In this document: piece after piece, positions 25,236 to 37,200 of the stretch
How positions within the stretch are numbered: position 1 is the first letter of the stretch
Layout of the letters: every line of letters starts with the position of its first letter
Assembly (NCBI GenBank): GCA_010909165.1
Contig: VJWM01000182.1
Coordinates: 62,001 to 126,000, forward strand
Origin: Anthoceros angustus
Lineage: Eukaryota > Plantae > Anthocerotophyta
Length of the DNA stretch: 64,000 nucleotides
Direction: 5' to 3'
The notes under the pieces: generated by a model
What the model was told of the DNA's origin: nothing
What the model saw: the letters and a program-made list of their open reading frames with translations, nothing else
The model's database searches: none
Made by a program: the position numbers and the translations under genes

Positions 25236-27171
25236 TGTTTCATCCCAATCGTTTTTAGCCAAAAAAAATCGGATCCGTTCCTCCACCGGCTTGTTTGGGC
25301 TGGTTGCCCAAACTTTTGCGTTCCACATTGTAGGACATGGGCATGTCTAGAGGGTCCATAACTGCTAGAGGCATATAATGTGCCATGTGTGCAAGGCTGG
25401 CACGTACATTGTCTAAAGCAGCAATGAATCGGGATACCATACTATCTCCTGGTTCATAACGTGGATCAAGCCAGGCTGAACGAGGGTGATGAATTCGAGA
25501 GGAACGTCGCAGGACTGGAGGAACATCTCCCTCTTCAGTCAAAGGCTGGTGGAACTCAAGCTATATGGGCTCATGTGCTGCGTCCAATATATCTCCTTCA
25601 CCATGGTCATCAAGTTCGTGATGCTGAGGTTCAGGTTGAGGTAGATTATGATCAAGGTCTCCTGCCTAATCACCTACAGCAAGTGTGGGAGCAGGAGGAT
25701 CCATAGCAATGGCTAGTAGTAAAGGTATATCATCATTCGACTCATAAGTGGACTGCTGGAAATTAGTGTCAGCATCAGAATCCTCATCATGTGAAATTGA
25801 TACGGGTGTGTGCCCCTATATTATTGCTAATGGCGGGAGTTTGTGGCTGGTTACAGAGCAAAGGTGTGAGTGCAGGATAAAGGTCTCATTGAAGCTTACG
25901 CTCCTGGCAATAGTCAACTGCCCGGTGGAGGGGTTATAGAGTTTATATCCTTTCACCGAGTCTGAATATCCAACAAACACGTACTTGCTTGATCTGTAGT
26001 CCATTTTCCGCCGTTTATCAGCAGGAATGTATGCATACGCTCCAGCACAAAAGGGTCCCGTCCACCTCTGGAAGGGTGTAATATCATACAATGGCTTTAG
26101 TGGTAATCTGTTGGTGATGTAGTTTACAAAATCGACTGCTTCTGCCTAGTAGGCTTGAGTAAGTCCAGCCAGTACTAAAGTTGCCCTGGTTCTTTACTGC
26201 AGAGTCCTATTGTAACATTCTGCATAAGGGTTCTGAGGTGGATGATAAGGTACCATCAACTGATGTATGATCCCTTTTCATTTATAGAAGTCTGAGAACT
26301 CGGTGCTAAGATATTCCTGGGCATTGTCACTACGTAGGCGTTTAATCACATGGCCAGTTTGTGCTTCCGCCATAGCAATGTACTCTTGAAACTTGGCAAA
26401 AGTCTGTTGGCATTCGACTATGAAGAAAATAAAGTTGGCAGTAGTGGCTTCATTTATCTCCGAAGGATAGGTAATAGATCGCTCCACCAAAAGAATATGT
26501 GGACATAGGTCCGCATATATAAGTGTGTACAACTTCCAATAAGGCTGTAGCTTGAGTTGGTGAAGGATCATTATATGGCTTTTGTGTGAGCTTGCCATAC
26601 TGGCAACTTTCGAAGAACAGGGTATCATCAAATTGAAAAGTAAGCCTGTCCTTATACATGTCCCTATTCTTAGTGATGTACTTGATAAAGGCTAAAATTG
26701 GATGACAAAGTCTGCAATGCCATGAGAAGGTCTTATTTATGCCGGGTTGTGCATCTGCTACATACGTTTGCTGTTCAGGTGATTGGACTTGTTATGAGAT
26801 CTTCAGACTGTACAGATCATGGTAGGGAACCCCCTCTGCCAACACAAGTGAGGGCTCTTCTTGCGGGGTGAGAACACGGATGATGGTTTAAAAACAACTT
26901 GAAGATCATGGTCAATTGTCAACTTTCGCATAGATAGCAGATTCTTTCTCATCTTAGGGACGTATAGAACGCCTTTCAAGGTAATCTAATGTCCATGATG
27001 AAGCACAAGTTTTATATCACCAATCCCTAGGATAGCGAGGCCACTATCATCTCCTAATAACACAAATTAACTTGTGGCAAGTGTTGCATAAGTGAGGAAC
27101 ATGTCTCGAGATTGATAGATATGATTAGTTGCCCCGGAATCAAGGAACCATGTATGTCACAAGATTGGTAA
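25236..27171 (-). mobile_element. Ty1/copia (copia-2) pol half: protease, GAG-pre-integrase, integrase, SH3
   Basis: HTWFLDSGATNH; WHCRLCHP; CQYGKLTQKP...LEVVHTYICGP; RLRSDNAQEY; YAYIPADKRRKMDYRSSKYVFVGYSDSVKGYKLYNP. Confidence 0.9.
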
Positions 27172-29769
27172 GTAATAGGCGCGACTTACCACGCCCGGTG
27201 CGCATAAGATGCTGTCCGTGTCATTGTAGGTAAGGAAATTCGGTCCGCTCCCAAGAGAATTGATAGACTCCAAGTACATGTTTCAATCAAGTTACTCACC
27301 TACGTAGTACGCGGGTTTGAAAATTCAACGCGCGTTCGTGAAACTCAACTACGTAACGCGTTAAGTCACATCTATCGTTCGCGTCCGTGTACTAAAGTTT
27401 AATCCACTCGTCCCTCGGTGAATGCTCTAATTCGCGCCGCTCCGTTATCGCATAAAATGGTCTTAAGTAATAAACGTTCTCCTAAGGACCCAGTCGTTAA
27501 GGCCCTCTTCCGTCCAAAGACTCTCTGGTCTCAAAGGTTCCTCGGCTACCGCGTTCGGCCCTCCGGGTCAGGCGGGTCATTTCCTTTCCCACAGGTCAAG
27601 ATGCCACCAGCACCGTTAGGCGTCTGGGTCGTCAGCTGTGACCTTGACTCGCCTCTCCGGAGTGCCGTTACCCTTTCGATGGCTCTCAGTGACTTCCGTG
27701 CTGACCTTACGTACCGGCGGAAGCGTACACAAGGGCCCGTAAGAAGGCCAGCGTTGTCGCGACATCAACACCAAGAGAAAGATACTTTACTAGAGTAGCC
27801 TCAAATTGCAGCTCATAATATTTACACCACCCATGTGGTTTAGAGGCGACTCCTTTAATGACACATCCCAATTTGCATACTAAGCCCAAGGTCGGCGTGC
27901 TTTATTACATTTCTATTTTTGAGCTGATGTCACCATGCCCTAACCGACCAGCCTACTATTTCCTTTAATCTGCCCCATCTGTACGCTGGCTTGGTGGTGG
28001 TTGCCTGGAGTACCCCTTGCCCGCCTACAACAAGGGCCTGGCCCTAGCCCCGACAAATCGCTGAGGCCCTTAATCGATGATCCCGCGAGGCGGGCTCCCT
28101 ACCTCTCCCCGAGGGACTCGCCATGCCGCCATTTCTGGCTGGCGGTTTATCAACGTGGCCACCACTAAATCCTCCTCCCTCCTCTTATCTCTTACATCAT
28201 GCGCCCTTGTTGTTCGGGCCCTCCAAGAGATGGTTGGTCTCATTTGGGTGATTGGTGGCTCCTCCGCTCCTGAGATTTGGACCGAGGTCGGTCTCGGCTT
28301 CCGGGAGTCCAGGGACACCAGAGTCCCCAGGTCTTCCCTCTCGGTCAGGACCTCGGGATCCGGGTCTTCTTCACGGAGTCAGGACCTGTGGTCCGAGGTC
28401 GTCTTCTTCTCTAGAAGGTCAGGACCTCGGGGTCCGGGACTACTTCTGAGATCAGATGTACGGTCTTCCTGGCGCTCGAACACGAGGTCATCTCGTCACT
28501 GGAAGTGCTGGACCTCGAGTCGGACTTTCTTCAGAGGCCGGACCTCAAAGGGTGGGGCCGGATTAGATCCCTGACTCCAAAGTCGGGACTTTGTGGAACT
28601 CCAGCAGCTGGTTCCGCCCTCATTTGGGAGCTTGCATCAAGGGCTCACCCTTGAGCCCCTCCCGTGGTTCTCCCGGTTTTCACAGTTTGTGCCCTTCTAC
28701 GGCCTCCCTGGGGAACTCCTCCCTTTCCTTGGTGCAGAGTGCAGTGCTGTCAAGGCTGTGAGCCACTTCCCTGCGTCCTGCCTCCTCAGGCCTGCTCCCC
28801 CTCGCCCGCTTCTTTAGCATGGGTAAGTCAAGCAGGCGCTCCCCAAGGTCCCAAGTGGGCGTAGTGCTGTCCCGGGCCTTCCTCCTCGCTCTCCTCCTTC
28901 CGACCTGCCAAAATGCAGATTCCGCACCCTGCCGAGGGGGTGAAACGCCCGGGAACCTCAGGAGCCTGTGAGGAGCCTGTGTGGTAGTAGGCAAGAGAGT
29001 CAGATCGACTTCGGTGGAATTGCCTCCTCCATATGGGCCCGGAGCACACCGTCTCCCTCCTCCCGAGAGAGATGCTCCCGGCGGTGGGCGTGTTGTAAAA
29101 CTGGCGGCCATCTCCGTCGCGGGCTGCCAGTCGTGGCAACCGAGCCGGCGAGACTCCTCTGATGCCGCCGCCAAGGCGGCCTCAAACACCTCTTGCGTGC
29201 TCTGGCTGGCACCTTTCGGCGATGCTCTCCTCACTCCCTTAATCGTTGTAGCTCCACAGCTTTGCTGCAGCCGCCATTGAGCTCCCCCAGCCTCTTTGCC
29301 CCCGCAGCCGGACAAGCAGCCTACACTCCTCCTCCAAGCACTCTCGTCCCTCCGCTCATCATCCTTGCAGGTCCGCCCACTCCCTTCTCAGGCGGGCGGT
29401 GATTCCTTCCTACCCGGCCCCAGCTTCCTCCACGGCTCCTTCTTTGCCTCCGGCGACATCCAACCTCGACTGGCCGCTTATTCTCCTCCGCCTTGCCGGG
29501 TCGGAGGTTTATATCTCCGTCGAAGTCTTGGACCTCTCTCTGGGTGAGAACCCCTGCTCTGGCGCCTTGGAGTTGCGTACCTAAGGTATTCCAAGCCGCC
29601 TCCAGCCTCCCTGCCGCCTTCTACCTCCCCTGCAATGCACTCTCGAGGTCCCCATTTCCCCGGGTGCCGACCTCTGGGCCTCCTCCCTCACGGCTCGGGA
29701 CCAGCTGCTTGCTCTGGCCTGCCACTGCTCGGGCCTTCAGTTGACGCGGCTACAAGCACTTAAATGGCT

Positions 29770-31700
29770 CCCTCCACCGTTCCGATCACGCTGACAGTGA
29801 TCCCGGCCGACCTTCGCTGCTGGGTTTCCGGCTCATTTCAAATTGATCCTTCGGCTGCAGTCCTCATTTGATGCGATGCTGGGGCTGCCGGTGGGCCGCC
29901 ACCAAATGAGCCCTCTCCGCCTCCTTTTGCGCCTCCCCCCTTCGTCTCAGAGATTCTTGGCCCAGGTCAGCCTCCTCAAGGCCGCCTCCTACTTTGCCTG
30001 GTGCTCACACCACCGGAGGACCTTGGTCCGGCTTTTCCCGAACCGCTCCGGACCTCGCGCTTTCCCAGCCTCCACGCCGCTTCCAGCCTTCCTCGAGCGC
30101 AATGCCGAGGACGCCCAGCTCAAACGGCAGGGCGTGGCGTGAAGGGAGGCGGAGGAGGGCCAGGCGCCTATCTCGGCCAAGTCTTGGATTCTCCTGCTGA
30201 GAATCCTGCAGTGGTTGTCTCCGACGCATTCTTGAGTTGCACGCGGGTGTCCTAGGCTGCCTTCCAGCTCACGCATCTCTGCTTCCCTCGCACGGTGCAC
30301 CCCTGAGGTCCCCTGGCTCGGGTGCTGGCCTCCATTTCTTCTTCCACGGCTACTTGCCTGCTTGTCTACCGCCACTTGTCTCTCATTTCTCTCGTGTTAA
30401 CGTCATGATTACCGCCCGCCTGCCTCTCTCCACCCGCCCGATCACGCCGGTAGTCGATGCGACCGTCACCGCCATGGCTTCCGCCTCAAAGGCTTTCTCT
30501 TTCACTGCCTCGCCTCGAAGGTTTGGTGTTGGTCTAGCTGAGCCGCCTGCCACAAAGTCGGCGGTCCGTGACCGCCTCCACGCCTCGCCTACGACCTCCT
30601 CCTCCGCCTCCTCCTCACGCCCGCCTCCGCTTGTGCAGGTCTTTTAGCTCCGTGTTTACCACAGACGCCTAGCCGCTCGCATGTACGGTGATGATCTTGG
30701 TCCGCTTCCCGACCGCCGGACCTGCGCGCCTCCGCCTCCACTTGTTTCCGCTTCTTCCTCGATGCGTGCCGAGGACGCCTCACGCAAGAAAAGCGGAGGG
30801 GCGTAAGCTAAGGAAGGCGGTGAGGAGGGGCCGAGGCGCTCTATCTCCTCGGCTCAAAGTTCTTGGATTCTCCTGCTGAGAATCCGTGTTGCTCCGCATC
30901 TTGAGTTCTGCGACTCGAAGTTGCACTCCGTGCGCCTTCCGACTCCTGCGCCCAGCTCCTCTGCCTCTGCAAACTGCACCACGAGGTCCCTATTTCCCTG
31001 GTCAGGCCTCCATTTCTTCTTCACGGCTCGCCCGCTTGCTCGCCACTTATTCGGCCTTCGTTAGCAGCGACTACCCCGCCGTCTCTCCACCGATTCGCCT
31101 CCGATCACGGTGGCCAGTCGATGCGACCTTCGCCACCGCGGCTTCGCCTCCGCTTTCACACGAGCCTCTCGGGCTTGGTGTTTATCCTGCCGAGCCGCCT
31201 CGGCCGGGGTCGCTGAGCGTTCTCGCGCCTCGACCCTCCTCCGCCTCCTCCTTCGCTCCCTCCGCTTGCGAGGAGGTCTTAGCCGTGTTTGGGCCTCCTG
31301 CAACTTCGGTGTTCTTGGCGAAGGATCTTGGTCCGGTCTGCTTGGGCAACCGGACCTCCAGCTCCGCCTCGGCGTTTTCCCTCCTCGATTGGGCGAGGGA
31401 CTCCTCGCCGCCTCCTCGGCGCCTCTACACCGCCCTTGAAGTTCCACCATCCTCCGTCGGGTGGCTCTCCACTTCTTGGTCTTCTCCGCTGTTCCACAGA
31501 GACCCCATACCGTCCATGACGGTAGCTAAACTTCGCCAGCGTTCTTCCACGGCCGCCAGGAGATGCCTGTAAAGTTCGTTGTGTGGCGGGCATCTCTTGG
31601 TCCGCCAAGGATCGCCATCTCAGATCGGGAGGCCGAGTCGGGATGGGCTCCGGACCTAATCGGGACCCTCGTGTCCCGAAAGTGCTGTCAGTCGGGCCTC
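29770..31700 (-). repeat. About three diverged tandem ~650-bp units of the coiled-coil-coding part of ORF-B
   Basis: The anchor CCGATCACG...GACC recurs at about 29780, 30440 and 31100. TTGGATTCTCCTGCTGAGAATCC recurs at about 30185 and 30860. Confidence 0.65.
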
Positions 31701-34299
31701 GGCTCGCCTTGGCCCTCTTGGCCGCTAACTCCTTCTGCGCCTCCTCACGGGGGGAGGTGGTGAAGGGGTCAGGTGGCCAGTTTGCCTCTCCCGGTCGGGG
31801 CGGGCCAGACTCCGGGTGAGGCTGCGCCCGGTGGCCTCCTGCTCCTTGGCGTCCTCCGTAGATGCCTCCTCTTCTTGCCACTCGGGTTGGCGAGAGGCAA
31901 GGGCAGGCGGCCCATGCAGGTCTTATTGGAGTGCGCGTCGCTACTTCCGCTTGACTCGGCAGTCGGTAGGACTGTGTTATCGTCATGGTGTGGCCTGCTG
32001 CCGAGGCTGAGCCGCCGTAACTCCGTCTGATGGTACGCCTCCTCCTGCCTTTACGCCCTGGGGGCACTAGGAGGAGAGAGGCGGGGATGTCCTCCCACAC
32101 TTCCCTTAGGCGGCGAGGGGGCCGCCCGCATTTATGCGGAGTCTCAGGAATCCTCCTAGTCGCCCTCCGCTCGACCCTCTTTTGTTCGGGATCGGCTGGC
32201 CGCTTCCGCACTCTTCCTTCCGCTCCTCGGTGGCCCGGCCAGTCTTCCGGGAGGGCCTGCCTTCCTCTGCCCTCCTTCGGGTTCGGCGTGCCTCACACAT
32301 AGAATCAAAAAGCGGCGAGTAACGCCTGGACGGGTAGGCGGCTTCTGCAATCTCGGCTACCATAGCCTGATTGACCCGGCTTAAGATTATTATTCTTCGC
32401 CTCAGCCCACAAGGCGTTCCCTTACGGCTCAGAGTCGTGGAGGAACACCCAGCAAATTGTCTCCATGGTGGTCCACCCAATATGTTCAGCATGTTCGATG
32501 GACGATAATCTTACCGCCACCTTGACTGCACCCTCCCGGCCCAAGAGAGGTCCCAGAGCATCGCCCACCGTTGCCAGATCACGTCCCCTCGGCCAGCAAA
32601 AGGCCGCCCCGGCCGCTTCCACCTTCCCTCTCACAACTCGTGGGTTCCGTACTACCTCTCCCACTTCCTCCTCACTGGCGGTTGTAAATCGCCCTCCCGT
32701 GACCACTCCACGTCTCACCTCCTAGGGTCCTCCGCACAGTTCTCGATCGGACCTCCCTTGTTGTTGTCATCACACATCTTCCGGGAGATACTCCTGACTA
32801 GTGACGTTAGCCGAAGGTCGGGCAATCCAGACGGCCCTGGAAAATGTCCGTGTGCCATTCCTCCACCTGGCTCCTTTTGCCTCCTCCAGCTAATGGCCCG
32901 AAGTCCGGTAGCGCAGTGACGATGTTGCGCTTCCACCAAGCGCCCATGGCTCCCACACCCGCCGCTTTCTCTTGGGTCCCATCCCCACACCCTTCCTCGC
33001 TCCATCAGGCCGAGACGTGAAACAAGGTCTCCTACATAGTAGAGCGACTCCTCGTCTCTACTTTTGAGGGTGTGGAAATTTGGGGTTTGTGATGGAAAAC
33101 CGTGCTTTATCACGTTTTCAAAACTTTGGCCAAAACCTTAAGTGTGAAAGTCAGTGAAGAATGAAACCATGTTTTTGAGGGTTTTACATTATGGTTTTTA
33201 AGGTAACACAATCCTCTAATTACCCACCACAAAATGGTTACATCGAAGATGGAAACCATATGTAACAAGCCATGTAGTCATATGGACATCATGAATTTCA
33301 AAATGATGACATAACGGGTTTGAAGGGTTGCATGCATGAGCGGTAAACAACAAAAGGTGGATGCCGCATCACGTAATTCTATGACCGTGGATATCCGGTG
33401 AAGCGGCTTCATCGGTGAACTTCGACTCAGCAAGTCAAGTGTTGGGTTCCACGGATAGTGGCGATCATTTCTATGTTGCGAAACATGACATGAAATCGGA
33501 GGCCGTGCGGCTTGCATTCTCCAGCGTGCTCTCGAAAGTCCCCTCGAGGCAGCGTTTGGATGTGTTGAGCGTCATTTCGAACCTCACACCTTCTAACCAT
33601 AATCCATGCCCATTGGCCTAACCTCGCCGGCTACAATGTTACGCATGCGTGAGCGGTGCGGTATGACATATCGCGAATCTGATGATGGTTATGTCATCGG
33701 ACATGCTCAATGCTTGGCGTATAGCCATCGTGCGACCGGTCTTCGGTAGTTTATGCCATGATGACACGCGAATGTGGGAGGAGTTTGGATCGTTCTATTT
33801 TACGGGTTATGGCGGCGGCGGGGTTCTTATTGCAAGGGTGATCATGGGCCGCTATGGTAGCATCACGCCTCAACATTCAATGGCGACAAAGAACAAAGCG
33901 CAAAATCGTATGCTTGCAATCCGGTGAAAACAAGCACACGAGAACATGCACTCGGGTTGTGGTCATCACCGGGACACAACCGGACAAAGATACGATCCGG
34001 CCTCAACACGGTTGTCCGGTGTTTGTGCTCACCAGTGGCGGACACCTCTCCGTCGTGTCTCTGCGATCGGAGTCGAACACGAAAACAGTTGCGCGGCATT
34101 ACCACCGGCGATCCGAGATTCACAACATTAGGTTCATATGCCCCAGTCTTTCCGGGCGGCTATCCATGGTAGGGGTGAACCAATGGATCATAGTCCTTAG
34201 TGGTCGTGTCCAAGGGAAGGTGACCTTGTCCATCGCCGCCCGAGCTGTAGCACTATGTTCTGTGCCCAAAACTACTTATGTGCCCAGGCTCCCTATTAC

Positions 34300-37200
34300 C
34301 TTTGTCAAGCCCGCCCACTGACAAGACATGGAAGGATCATCACACCTGGGTGTAGATGCTTTCCGATTGCGTGGCGCTTGAGATCCACAAAGCGCCCGGC
34401 TCCTTGCCACATTGTTCATCATCGGTTCTTTGGTGAGCGTCTTAGGCCCCGTAGCCTTCAACCTCTCCCAACTCTTCCTCCTCGCTTGGCGGTTCTCTAA
34501 AGTATTGAGACGGAGGTCCATGAATTGAGCTGCTGGGATCTCGTCACGATATCACGTTGCGTCGCGCGAGGCGGCTACCATGATCCGAGCGCACACCCAT
34601 CCGGGACCCACTCGCCTTCCGCGTATGCACTCCATCAACTTCCTCAACAACGATGGCCGGTATGGAAACTACCCTATCATCTGTGTTATAACACGACATA
34701 TGTTCCACCTTCTCCTCAAAGCGGGTTGTCAACCACGCATCATTCGAGTTGGCGGTGAGAAATGTTGTGGCACACAATCACCTTCAACGATCCGGCCCGT
34801 GGTGATATAATCCCCATCATACGACATGCATTGCAACGCTTTCACATTAGTTTTGTGCGGAAGCCGCGGTGACACTCCTTTACAAGCTGCAAGCAAAACC
34901 TCCCGTACCATGGACATGTCATCTGGGGAATGAAATACCACGACGCGAAATACCTCTGATGTCGTGATGCCCTGGAATTGCAATATGATATTTTCAAACT
35001 CATCGCGTGAATCGCGTGTCATACTCCTTGGAGTTGGCATCCAGATGCAACCCTCGTGGCAAGTCCAATAGGAACAGGGCAAACGGACGGGGTTCCACAA
35101 ACTGAGCCATTCTCACGATGTTACCACAAATTATTCCTATCCTGCATGATCTCCCGGAAGCATCTCTGATCGTCTTCAACTTATCGGGACTGGAGGTCTC
35201 CAGCAACTGTCGCTGCTCATCTGCCATAATCTTCCACGCTTTGGCCTTCAACACATGTTCCTTGAAACTCTCAGGGAGTGCACTCCACGTTAGGCAAGCA
35301 TTGGCTCGCTGCACACCAAGGCAAAAAAGCCACTGTCAACCATGAGTGTTCATGGGCATATGGGAGTGTACATGGGCCGCAAGCGTTCAGTGCGCCCAGT
35401 AAAACAAATCGGATGCCCACCAGCATACTTAGAAATCAAACATATGACAAGCAGCACCGTCCGTGTGGACATTCCATACTTGCTCGGGTTCACACTTACC
35501 ATATTTTTGAAAGCCGGTTGGAAGTTCTTGTCCACAGTCTTGTATTGAGGATACGCTCCTAACGCTCAAAGCGTCTCGCAATTCGGTTCTTCGCAAGTGT
35601 AGCGTGAATGAGGTTCGATTTTGGCTTTCTCCACCCAATCCGCATTTGCGTAAACTCATTTCCCAGACAGACCTTCATGCATCTTGTCTTCAAATTGTTG
35701 TTGCCGGAATGTTCAATCCTTGAAAGCACTTCCACACTCTCAGCACATCCGCATCTTTAACCTCTATGACTACAAGGTCTCATACAGTGCAGCATTGGCC
35801 TTGTCTTCCTCTTGCCTTGTTTGTTTGGCGGCTAGGGCTCGGGCGCATCTATTTGTTCGAACCAGCTGCATTCCCACTTCTCAAATATCTCGTCACATAC
35901 CTCCACACTTCTTCATCAACCTTCGCCACGCGATAATCAAGTGTCCGGTTGTCCACCGATCGGTGATCGAACCTTGGGGCCATGCTGCGCATCCCACTTG
36001 GGGATCCCTAGGCGGGCATATACATCCGCTTCGTCTACATCGCACTTCAAGCCCTTCGCTCTCACGCACATCAACTCACTTCACGATGTAACGTACCATC
36101 CATGAAGGTGAATGTCTTCCGGCATCTGCGATGGTGTTGTGGTCGTAGCTCGATCCTCATCTCGTCCTCGATGAGTCCACATATGCATCCATCCACTTGA
36201 ACTCTTCCTTCATTGGTATCAGATCGTGGGACCTTGCACGGAAGGAATGGTTCCCTCCCAAGACGAAGAAATTGTAAAGCCCTCATCCACCTTCTCAACG
36301 TCAAAGTTCTCTTTGTGAGGACATCGAGGGTCGACAACCACAACCATTGGCAAACTACCCATGGGCGGTGTTTCATCTTCTGCATCAAAGCCTCTACCCG
36401 CGAGATCCGACTTCCTCACCTTAGCGCCTCACGGATCTTGAGGGGTCTTGACGCATTGGCAACTTCAAGGTAGACTCCCGGACTCTCTTGATAGCAATCT
36501 GTCCCTTTCGACGTCCCGACTTGCATCTGCTTTTATGGCGAGCCTATCATCGTCGATGGCGGCCATGCATCCTTAGCTCTCTCCACAAACCTTGGCGGTG
36601 GAACCTCTTCCTCCTCCTCCTCCACAATTCCAGGCTTCTCCCGTCTTGCCACAGGTTTCTTGGCTTTCACCTGCCGCCTTGTCCCTTTTCGATATGTGTT
36701 TGCCATCAGGCCTCTCCTCTTTCCCCTTTCTTCAAATTTCCCAGAAGGCCTCTGCTGCACCCTCCTGCGATCGAACAGCCCGGACCGCTGTGAACCATCC
36801 GTGCAGGATAATATCCGAGGTCATCTGCTCATCGGCCTCTTCTTGAGTTCTCCTCCTCCTCTTCCGACCCACCTTGACTTCCTCCAAGCTGCGCATCTTC
36901 GCCTCCCACATGGTAGAATGCCATCCATAAAGCCCTCGGTGTCCTCGGTTCGTCTGGGCGTCCTCCTCACCGTCGACTACCTTGAGTAAAATGGAAGTGG
37001 CTCACCAAGTCTGCAGCCACAGTGAAACAGCAGGACGTCCGGTGCCCGGTAGTATCATGGACACCCGGCTTGGGCGGAAAGCGGCTGCTGGATCCCCATC
37101 GGTGTGGTATTGAAGAAGCATTGTTGGGATGCCTCTTCGCGATGTCGGGTTGCTTCCCAACAGCTGTTGTTGCATTGTTGGGTTGGACTACATGCTTCCT

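Noticed and set aside
21271-32500. Many overlapping 60-310-aa Arg/Pro-rich ORFs on both strands
   Set aside because: GC-rich, stop-poor shadows of the frameshifted accessory ORFs, not independent genes.
33860-34260. Ulp1/SUMO-protease-like cargo (HW...VFDS)
   Set aside because: No catalytic Q...DCG motif follows, and the frame contains stops.
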